From Auanema rhodensis (taxonomy: Eukaryota; Animalia; Nematoda): a stretch of DNA of 64,000 nucleotides. Position numbers and translations under genes: made by a program. The stretch spans positions 8,432,001 through 8,496,000 of the forward strand of contig OZ059896.1 in NCBI GenBank assembly GCA_964057225.1. Reading direction: 5' to 3'. Shown piece after piece: positions 41,063 through 52,759 of this stretch. Below the pieces are notes generated by a model. That model was given only the letters and a program-made list of their open reading frames with translations. It ran no database searches and was not told the DNA's origin. How positions within the stretch are numbered: position 1 is the first letter of the stretch; each line of letters starts with the position of its first letter.

Positions 41063-41665
41063 ATTTTCAAGGTCCATTAGACATTTTGATTATAATCTAC
41101 AGTCAACCAAATGTTATCCAAATATATCCAAAAGTAAATTCGTGTAATATAAAATTTGAAAATGTATTTTTTAAAATTTTATATATTATCTCTCTTTCGT
41201 TCCATTTTCATCTCGTTTCCGTCATGTATTGTGTTGTTTTCCGTTTTCCATGGGTCTCATCTTCTTTTTTATTGACAATTGCTATGTGTAATTTAGTTTA
41301 TAATCTTAACTTTTCATTAACATTGTACTTACCGCTAGATTCTTCTCACATTCTCGAAAATATTCTGAAAGTTCGCTCCTACTTCTTCTTCTTCTTCTTC
41401 ATCTAATTACTTTTGTAATTTTACCAGTGAATTTGAATTTGCCCTTCTAAATCCCTGTTTAGCAGCCATTTATATAGATCTATATCATTTGTATATAAGA
41501 CATTTATTCATTGTCTATTCAACTGGATACTTTAAGTCAAATAAATATTAATTTATAATATTATTTAACTAACTTATACTATAAGTAACAAATAACTATA
41601 CTTAATTCAGATTTCTTCATTCTTAATTTGTAATTGTTTAGAGTACAATCTAAATTTACTTGCAC

Positions 41666-41803
41666 AAAAGTTCACGTATGGTTGATGTACATTTGAAAAG
41701 TTCACGTAAAGTACGTATGGTTGATTCGAAGAAGTTCACGTGCGAACTAGTATATCAGGAGAAAAGTTCACGTATGTCGACAGTGTTACAATCGAAAAGT
41801 TCA
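41666..41803. repeat. Cluster of five (A)AAGTTCA(CGT) motifs with ~32-bp period
   Basis: GTTCA cores start at 41670, 41700, 41734, 41766 and 41799; ACGTATGGTTGAT occurs twice. Confidence 0.8.
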
Positions 41804-44800
41804 AATACATTCAGCACAAAGCTTTCTTATTCGTTTTCAACGAGCTTAAGCTTAATGATTGAAGGATTATCAAGCAAAGTATACCGTACTTTTAGTGTAT
41901 ATCAGGTGAATGAAGTTTAATAATTTTAATTTTGTGATCAAAAGACTTAGAAATTATTTTTTAATTCTTCTCTTTTTATTATAAATTAAACTTAGAATAC
42001 TTTTAATTATATTAATATCATAATATAATATTCCTGATAATTTCATTTTATTATTAGAATAATTTTATATTTAAATGATATTTAACGCAAAACGAAAATT
42101 GTTAAATGAAACTAAATGGATATTTTCAATATCAAACTGAAGAATAAGAAATGCTTGTTCTCAGTAACATGAAAGGAAAATCCTTAATTTCTTTGGAAAA
42201 GTGGTAATCAACGACAATAATTCAAAATAAAAATAAAAATCTATTTTTTATTTATGAATTATGTATGAAGATAGATCTACATAAGAATATTTAAATGTTC
42301 AAATAAAATATTAAAGATCAACTAAGCTATTTAAGTTTTTTCTCTTTTTAAATATAGTTCCGAAACTTCAAAATATGTTAAATCAAATGGGTCCCGAGCA
42401 CAAAGCCTTAAGGGATTGTTTCTATATTTTCTGCTCAAACATCTGCCTTAAATGGATTGTGTTTCTGTTTTGCTCCTCGATGAATCTCTTCCACTTTCTT
42501 CCTTTTTTTTCTCATCTACTGACTTATTCGCTCTCTCAACGTGTCTTTTTTCCTCTTCGTTCTAGTCGTTTTTCTTTTCTGCTTTACTCGTTGCTCCTAT
42601 TCGTATTCTCATTCTTATTCACTGTTTTTCTCTTTTTCTCTCTCTATTCCCCTTTCACTCTCACACTCTCTCTTTCTCTCTCTCTATTATATATTTCTCT
42701 CTATATAACTCTCTCTCTCTCATTTTTTTCCCTCTATTTCTTTCTCACATCCTCTGTACTTCTTTTGAGTTTCTTTTCTATTTGTTCATGTTTCTATACA
42801 TATTTATGTATATGCATGTATATCCCATCTGTGCAGCCGTTTTTGAAATGCCAAAAGAAAAAATATCTTCAAGCATTTTTTTCACATTACCACAAGTATT
42901 GCTGAGTATTTTCGCGATTTGGAAAAGCTTCATTTCTACTGAGAAGAAATCATTTCGAAAGTATGTACTTATTTAGATTTTATGCATTAAAGACTCTTTG
43001 AAGAGTTAGAAATTTCAATATCTTCTGGTTTTTTTTTGCCTTTTTTTGCCGTTTACGACTACCAACTTCCAACTTCTAACTATTCATTTTGAGTTTAATT
43101 GGCTGCTGAGAGATTGTTGAAAATTCTGAACGTTCTTCATCACCAACCGGAACAGCTTTTCCTTCAAAAAGAATATCTGACTGACTTTGTCCTTTTTGTC
43201 GAAAACGGCTCTGAAATGCGGGAAACTCTGCCAGTTCCGTCAACTTCGTCAATTTTTGCTGGCTTGTTTGTTAGCTTAAACATCATTTCTCTCACTTCCT
43301 CACCTTAAAAATGTTTTATTTCTTTCCCTAACCAGCGATTCTCTTCAATTCTTTGTTCTTATATTCACTTTAAAACCGTCCATATTTCAATATTACGAAA
43401 AGAAAAACTCTACTTTCAAACTATATATATATATTTTATTTTTTTGCTCTCTATGTCACGTTCTCCTCTTTTTCGCAGAGCTTCAGCTCCCTCTGAAGCT
43501 TGGCCAGTTGGCAGTCAGCTGCCTATTGATCGGCGTCCATCCCCCAGGCCGACTGACTGCGCTCATCGCTAAACCTTCTCGTCTGTTTTACTCCGTGGCT
43601 CATTTAGTCCTCCGCATGCTCCGAATGTTTCAGTTTTATCTATTAGTATGCTTTTATTATTTGATTTTACCTTTTTTCTTCCTCTAATTCATTTGCGGAT
43701 TAAAGTTCGTTTTGCTTCTGTTTCATACAAATTGATTGAATTATGCTATATCTCAAAGTTTTTCGCAAACTTTGCTTGCCCTTTCTCTAACAAAGTGAAA
43801 TGATCATAACGGCAGCCTCAAAGCTTTTCCGGGTCATCTCATATCTTTCTTCCTTTCAGTTTTATTTTCAGCCCATTCCAAATCGTCTTCCGATTTCCGC
43901 TTTGAGAGTCTGCCCTTTATTCAGGCCTAATATCAGAAAATATCGTCACTAATAGCAGCAGCAGTTGAGCAAAAAAAAAGGAAGACGATTGAGGAAAAAG
44001 CTAAAGCTCTGAATACGTTTAGCTACAAATCAAATTCTATCCATGCTTCACTGACGACATCATGTTCTTGCTTTTATTCAGAAGTCTTCGCATCGGTCGT
44101 ATCAGCTTTCTTTCTCAATCCTTCCGTTTCACCTCGGTTTTGTCTTTTTCCACTAATGTAATCAGACTCATCGCTTGTGATGCTCATAGTTGAATGCTTC
44201 AGCTACTGTTCGTCATCTTTCTTTTTTGCTTTATATTCAACTTTTTTTGTTTATAGCTAAACACAACGGCAGCGTTGTTTTTACGAAATAAAGTCTCATA
44301 TTCTTTCTCTGTAACTCTCATCAATTCTAGACTATTTCTTTATACTCTTTTTACTCTTTCTCTCTTTTTAACTGTCACTCTCTATATGCTTGTCATTCCC
44401 CTTCCTATTCTCTCTCTATCCCTCTCTCCTTTTCTTTCAATTCTTGTTCTCTAAACCTCTTGCCTTTTCATATATTTCAAGTTATTTCTCGTATAACTTT
44501 CTTCGCCTGCAGCAGTACCACAATCATCACTAGCAAGTATGACCATCACCAAAAGTAGCAGCACACCCACTTCGACAGCCGGTTTTTTCTAATACCCATA
44601 TGTATGTATATGGACTAGCTCTTATTCATTTGTCAGTTCTATTTTCTTTTTTTCTCTTACTTTTCATATCTCTCTAGTTGTCCGTCTATTCACATTACCT
44701 CTATTTCTTCTTACTTTCCACCTTCTACACACTACCCCCTCTCTATTCTCTACCTCACCCGCATGTACCTCTTCACTAGTTTATATATGTATCTGTCACA

Positions 44801-45988
44801 ACCTTAAGTTGCTTCTATTTCTCTATATCATTCTAGCTTTAGCTGTATCTTCCCACTACCTCTTACCAGCCTACTTATTTCCAACTTATTTCGACCTCAG
44901 CCTTCTCAATTGCAAAGAGTAGGATAGTAGTTTATCCAAACAACCAGGACCTTATCTTTTATATCTTTGAACTATTTTTCAACTGCTAGGAATATTCTTC
45001 TTTTCTTCCGTACTTACTCACACTTTCTCTCTCTTTCTCTCTCCCTCTCTCGTAATAATTATTTTTTTCATTCATTTCATATCTTCTTATCAATTTCAAT
45101 TCTTATTTTCGCTTTTACACTTAATTTCCAAGCGCAAAACCTGCTTGAACGAGAGACGGAGGAAAAGAGACAGGGAGACACAGAAAGAAAGAAAGAGAGA
45201 AAGAGAGAAAGAGAGAGAGAGAGAGAAATCATCCAAATTTTGTCCCCTCTTCCTGTATTTTTTTTTGTTTTTTTTCAACAACAAAATATTTGGAAATACT
45301 AATTCATCTTCGTTCTCGCTTATTTTGTTCGTTCAAAAGTTTCAGTTTCTAAACATCTTTACAAGATCAAGCTTTACATACTTCTTTTTTTATATTTTCT
45401 ACCTACTACCATTTCTCTTTATATTCTATTTCTTCCTTCTTTTTCTACTCTTCTTACTCCTTGTTTGTCTCAATCAATGGGGGTTGCAAGATTTCTCAAA
45501 CTACTAGTCCTTTTTTCATCAACAAGCTTTCACATGATGGTACTAACTCTCTTTAGATACGAGAAAAGTTGTCCGCTTTGACCTCACTTTTTCTTTTCAT
45601 CTTCTGGATTAGATGTTCATTGACAATGTGAATAAGATGAAAGATGAAAAAAGTATCTTCCAAACGATGTTGAATGCGTCAAACATTCAAAAAACTTTAG
45701 AAATCTTTCATGTCTTCACCCTCATACTATTAGCTTTTTTTCAGTTATTTTTTCATTGATTAAACAATTTAGAAATAAAAATATGTTTGTTTGAAATACG
45801 CACAATATGTACTGAGAATTGTCTTTTGCAGTATTTTTTTAGTAAAAAAAAAGAAAATTATTTTTTTTAACCTACGATACACAAAATTGACACATCATCA
45901 ATACCCTTGCTTATTTCTCATAAATAAATCAAAAAAACTTCCAAAATATTATGATTACAATTTAAGAATTATAATTCCATTTAGTAAT

Positions 45989-46000
45989 TCTCTCTCTCTC

Positions 46001-46043
<43 letters not shown>

Positions 46044-46078
46044 TTCTCTCTAACTTCCTTTCTTTCTTTCTTTCTCTA

Positions 46079-46159
<81 letters not shown>
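45989..46159 (+). repeat. Long compound (CT)n microsatellite
   Basis: Seen directly. Confidence 0.95.
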
Positions 46160-46163
<4 letters not shown>

Positions 46164-48916
46164 ATTTTTTTTAATTTTTAATGAAAATACATTTGAACAT
46201 AAATGTTATCATTCCCATCATCTTATTCATCAGCTTTCTTTATAACTTTTTCATTCATCTATCATCTTCATTATCATCATCATAACAATCCTATTCAGGA
46301 GAAGCAATAGGATGATCATTGTCATTCTTGTTAATTTCTTTGTCATCAACACATAACTATAACCATAATACATTATAAACACACATAATCATCATCACTT
46401 ACCGAATGTTCTTGCAATTTTCTTATTCAGATTCTTCTTTTATCTTTTTATTTATCTCCCTCCCCCCCCTCTTCCCCTCCTTTCTTTTTTGTGTAATTTT
46501 CATCTATTATTTGCTGATTTGGTTTCGATTCACTGCCTAAAAATATGTATTTTTCATAATTCTTTCTAATAAATTTTTTATTTTTTATTGTTTCACAGCT
46601 TCTTTTATCATACCTTCATTTGTCTTTCTTGTTTTGTCCCCATGCTTTTTGATTATACTACTAAGTGTTTCATTTGTTTTCTCGCTACTTTACATGAAAA
46701 GATAAATTTGCATTTTTTTCTCTCTATATGACCTTTCTATCTCTCTCTATAATTTATCTTCTATGTGAATAGCCGACTTAATCACTCAAAACCAACCTTC
46801 TAGTCGTTTACGTCATCAAACCAATTCCATTTAAGCAATAAATGGCTTCATCTTTCAAGATTCCGCATCGAATAAGAAAATTAGTTTTCTAAACTCTTTG
46901 ATTTTCATCTTTCACTGCCACCAATCTCCATTTTTCTTACCTCTCATCATCCTCTCTTTCTCTCTTACTTATTTCCCTTTATATTCTTTCTTTTACTTTG
47001 TTTCACCATTAAACATTTTCTCTTTTTCTCAATCTTTCATCATCATCATCATCATATATATATATGCAGACTTCAATACTTTTGCTATCTTTCGTCTTTT
47101 CATTGAAAACTTTTTTTTTCACTCATTGCTTAGCTACTATCTCTTCTTTATTCCTTTTTTTTCACTTTTTCTTTATATATCAAGTTATTTAAGAGCTTTC
47201 TTTCAAATATTCAGACAGCCATTTTTAGTTTCAACCAAAAAAAAGAGAGAAGTACGACTGTGTAGCAGATGTGCAATTGCTCATCTGAAAGAAGAACGAC
47301 AAGTACGGCTTTTATCTTCTGGTAATAGCCGAGTGAATCACGCGGAATCTCTAGAGAAAGAACAAAAAACAACGAACTCCTTCTACGGCCAATCCTTTCC
47401 TCCCGAAAAAACGCTATTCTCCGTATTACCACGACGACGACATCCTAGGTTAGTTTTCATTAACCTGCGTAAAGCTATTTTAGAACATTCTTGTCTATCC
47501 ATTTCCTATGATTATATTTTTTTCTTCAATTCTATGTGATACTTTCACGATAATTCAATTGTTTTCTCTATCCAAAACTTCAACTACAAATAGAAAGTTA
47601 GATTAATGATGAGAAAGGCTACCTATAAAAACATTTTCTTTAGCTTCTTCTTTCAATATCTTCTTCTTTACTTCAACTTCTTCTTACTCATTATACTTTT
47701 CTTTCTTTTTATTGTCTCAATATATACTAGTTTCCTATAAATTTAGTTCGTTCATACATATTTTTCTCAAAAAAAATTGAAATAACGGTTACTCTAAAGT
47801 ACATAAAACCTTTTTTTTCCCAGTTTTCCGCTCATGTTTTCCTATTTGACCTAGCTTCTACGTGAAAGTTCAAGTTTAATAAGCAAATTATTCTGTTTGA
47901 TGTGCACATGCAAAAAAGCTGTTTCTCTTTTGTAGTGATCAGTTCAAACTTCATATGTCGAACTTTTTCTTTTCCGTTTACTCTATCCAACTTCCTACAC
48001 CCCCTACCTCCCACCCTTTCGAACTAGTTCGCTTAATTTTTTCTTCTTTTTTTTTTTTTTAAACTTTATTATTCATTTTACTTTAAATTTTCTTTGCTAT
48101 TTCAAAGCATAGCATATCATAAGATCATTTTGACATCGAAGTACAAATCTAAATGTTTTTCTTTAATTTTTAGTACTTTATCATTAAGAAATTATAGTAT
48201 TGTGAAATATTTATCAATTTCAATATATCAACTAACTTTGTATTTTTCGCATATTTTTTTCCCAAAAAAAAGTTTTTTTATTATTATTATATTCATATAG
48301 TTATATTAGTATTGGTCTGTTCTAATTACTAATCATCCTTAAGTTTTGTTTTAGTCGTTTTCAATTGTCTTTCTTCAAAATGTTACTACTTTTTTCAAAT
48401 TGAGTGCCAATGAGCTCAATTTCGTTTGCAGTCTTCAAATTATTTTTTTAACTTTTTTTTCTCCTATTTTATGTTTTCATATTTCACTAAAACTTTTTTT
48501 TTGTTTCAATAATTAATTAAATTATTCTTATTCTCATATATAACTTTTTTTTAATTCATTTTCTTGGATGAACTAGAGAAATACTAAATTTTTTCAGCTT
48601 TAACAACACCTTGTTTGTGTGAGTTTTGTGACGTGTTTGTCGTGCCCTCGGGGGCCTTAATTAGCTGACGTGACTGTGGTGAATATTCGTCGTCTATTGT
48701 CACAACTCGAATCCAACGTGAACGATCGTCAATCGGTATTATACTTTCTTCACATCCGTTACTCCATATTATTGCCAACATAGTTCTCTATCATCATCAT
48801 CATCATCATCATCACTTTTTCATTTATAATATTCTGAATCTTGCAACGTGACCGAGCAAGTCAACAAAGCTGAGGCCACTTATGATATCACCGAAGTAGG
48901 TTTGATCTAATTTTTC

Positions 48917-48947
<31 letters not shown>

Positions 48948-50249
48948 AACAAATTTTCAAAACAATTTAACAATCCTAATTTTTGGCTTTGTTTCTGTTT
49001 TGGATGTAGATATGCGAATAGTTTCTTTTACTTTCTCTCAATATTCGACTTTTTTCTGGGATAACTTTTAAGAAATGGTTTCCAATTTTTCTTTTTCCGT
49101 ACTAAGTATACATAAGAATAGTAAATATATATATATTTATATATTTCTATTAGTTATATTCTAGTTAACTATTCTTTATTCATTCAATGTTTCTTATTCT
49201 TTTCTACTTATACATACATATATATATAGATATAATATATATATTACATGAATGTATGTATGTGTATAGTATCCATAAATATTTATATATCTTAGTTAAT
49301 ATAATCCTCTTTAAATATTTCTTTTCTTTAATAAATCAAATTATGAATATCCTATGTATAATAGCTTACCTTTACATTTTATTTTAATTTGATAATGCTG
49401 TCACAAAACAATTAACAATTTTCAAAACAATTCGAATGTTTTTGAAATACCTTACTAAGTATGTATGTACTATTCTCTTTTCTCTCTATTTAAATTGGTC
49501 ACAAAATTTTTTTTTGTTTCAAAAATAGCTTTTTTCACTTTTTTTCTATCCTTCACACACAGAAGATCCTTTTAACGAAGAAAAAATCAAATTACACTAC
49601 TTTGAACTCTTATACTCATAGCTCGTTCTCAAAACTCTCCTATAGTTTTCCGTTGAATAGCAATTCAAAGTCGATAATGTCTGATCAACCATTATCTTCA
49701 TCATTATTGTGCTTTTCCGTCTTGATCCTTTCTCTATTTCTCTCTTTTTCATATTATCTTTTACCATTTTTTCTTTGTTAATTTTCAATTTTCAATTTTC
49801 CTTTTTTCTTATTTACTCTATTTCTCTCATTGTTATATTATGTTTTCAAATACTTTCTCTCCTGAGAGAACTTTCACGGAATCTACTCTAGTTTCACAAA
49901 AAAAATCCGCAAATAAATTTTTGAAATGCTGCTCTTAATGCTTCGATTGACCTGCCATCCAACATGCTTCAAGTTTGTTTTTCTAATTCCTCACCAACAA
50001 TTTATTTATTTCTGATGTTTTGAAGCTTCAGTTTCTTTTTTTATTTAGTCAAATCACCAATATTACTTCAATTCTTTTTTATTATTTTCTTTAATTTTCA
50101 TGCTTCGATTAAAAAACATTATTTAGTTTTGTTTTCTTCAACTGTGATATGAGAAAATAACATCATAATCATTTGTAATCTTTTCAAGTTTTAAAGCTTA
50201 TCGATCAAACATTGTAAGCAACAACTTTCATGTATATTTTCATTTATTA

Positions 50250-50251
<2 letters not shown>

Positions 50252-50324
<73 letters not shown>
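50252..50324. repeat. (AT)n microsatellite
   Basis: Seen directly. Confidence 0.95.
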
Positions 50325-50328
<4 letters not shown>

Positions 50329-52759
50329 GAATAATTAACATAACTGCGAAAAGACTACTGAACTAGTTTCTCACTATCTCTCTCTTTCTCTCCTTTTCTC
50401 ACTCTCTCTTTCTTTCTTTTCCTATTAAATCTGCTTATATTTTTAATTGTATTTATTACCTCTTGTTATGTCTTTTTTATTTTATTGTATCGAATTCGAA
50501 AAATTCGATACATTTACCGACTTTTTTGATCTTATTTTACCCTTTTTATATAATCAATCCGGATATCTTTATTCTACCATCGTATCATCATAGGACAAAA
50601 AACTATTTTTCTATTAAATGCATCAATGATTGGCCTCCTACTCTTTCCTCCATCTCTTTCTCTGTTTCTCTTATTCCCTTTTACTCTCTAAGATTATCAT
50701 AAACCTCTTGCATCTCTTCTACTTCATTTCCATCACTTCTTCTCATCTTCATCTCTACTTGAACTTCAATCAAAATATTCCAATGGAAGCTCCATATCAT
50801 CAACATTCTCAAATCACATTTCTCATGATATATAGCAATCTTTATTCCGTTTTCTTATCTATACTGTTTTTCATCGTCTAGTTTTTGAAAAGTTTTCAGT
50901 AAGCATTCGTGTTCAACATTTCCAGTCTCTTCTAAGCCTACTACCTGATTTCTATCTTCCTCAGACCACTTTATACCTTGAATGACCAGCTCTACAAACT
51001 TGTTTTTTTGCTCTGAGATGTCACTCGCCTGTCAGCGTTTTGAAATGCTGCTCCTATGCTAAAATAAGTTTTGAATCAAACAGATTCGAAGCCTTTCTTT
51101 TACATTTTGAATGTTAATGCACGGGAATGTTTCTTTCAACTATGAAGAACTGATTGTTCTATTCATAGTAAAGTACATTTCTTCCTAAAGTTGAACCATA
51201 GAGATTAATGAGATAGTAGAAAACTTTTTAAGATCTTATCTTTGAAAAGCTTTATCGAATCTGTTCAAAAATTAATTTATACAAAGTATTAAATTGAATA
51301 AAAAGAGAGATAGAAAGAGAGATTGAAAGAAATAATAACAAGCAATAACAAGAGGGAGATATATTATAGAAAGCAGAATGAGAAAAGATCCAGGAAAAGC
51401 AGATTTCAGTCGTCATTGTTTATTTGTTTAACCGACCTCCCTTTTTCTACCACCAACTACAACAATCCCCTTCTCTTCATCCTCCTCAACATCATCACCA
51501 TCAACATCAGCCATCAAGCTTACACGAAAAAGCGTATTGCTCAATTTTTTATTTTATTTTGTATCCCCCCGAAATCAACTCCTAATCAATGAATAATCTA
51601 AGATATTTTCATCATCATCGAGAAAGAGAGGCACTCGTGTCCGGAAGTTAATTCTATCTACAGCATCCTCAGTTCCCAATTTATTCTCAAGTCTCATCTC
51701 AGTTCACAAATGTCAGCTGTTGTATGAACTTCAATTTTTTGTCTTATTCCCCCTATTACAACCATTTTCAATTTTACCGATATAGGCAATTAGACTCTAG
51801 TGAAGTTCAAGGAATTAACACATTCGTTTTCTTTTTCTTGAATATAGCTATATATAAGCTTTCCTCATTATATATTGTCTTGTATCTTTGTATCTCTTCT
51901 TTTCTCTCTTTTCTTCGTTTCTTCTTCATCTTTACCCCTCTATCTCTCTTTTATCTTTTTCACGTCTCATATACCCTATTGGCAATCATTCTTCTTACTA
52001 TTTATATAGATATATATCATTATCACATGTTTTTCTAGTCTTCTATCCATTTCTTTGATGTCTTATACCTTTTATATGTTCACATAACATAGCCTAAACG
52101 AGACAATCTCAAGGGTAATCTTCCTCTCTTTCCTTTTTTCAAAAATAACACAAACCCATTTCATGTTGATCGTTTTATGTTCATGAACAAGAATTTCGCA
52201 TGTGGTGCTTATTGAGGCTGACCTATTAGGCCGGACTCAGTTATCTTTGACAGCCCCGTCTCCCCCTATCACATTCTCTGTTTTCCACTCTGTGATTAGG
52301 CTATGATCATATTATCTTGATATTCGTTTATAAATAAGCTGACATATCTAACAAGAATAATTGATTTCTTTTGTATGTCTATGATCTATCCAATAGCTTT
52401 TTCCATAGCTCATCTTTATCAAAACAATGCTCTCAAGTATCACAATCCCTTTTCACAACCTTGTTCTCCTCTCTCTATACTATTATCCGCAACTTAAGTT
52501 TGCTTTATAAAACATTATTTTGTTTTCTTTATCTATTTATAATATCATATTTCTTGAATTGTTTATATAATTAATCAGAAGATGTTATCATTTACTTTCT
52601 TTCTATCATATCTTAGATATGAAGCAAAAACAGTAATTATATTCCGAACGTCTTCCTAAACGATAGTACATATTAAATTTTTTGAAACAATAATCTATCT
52701 ATTATCATGTTTTACTTGAATCTATATTCATTTATTTCAGCTACGTCTCCCGTGGCGGG

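Noticed and set aside
42375-47539. Long Phe/Leu/Ser-rich ORFs (e.g. 42375-42905, 45791-46174, 46898-47539) resembling membrane proteins
   Set aside because: Artefacts of T/C-rich DNA and microsatellites that are poor in stop codons.
52210-52260. GGCTG...TTATC...CAGCC resembling a stem-bulge (sbRNA/Y) RNA
   Set aside because: Stem too short; no GTG/CAC stem motif and no adjacent poly-T terminator.
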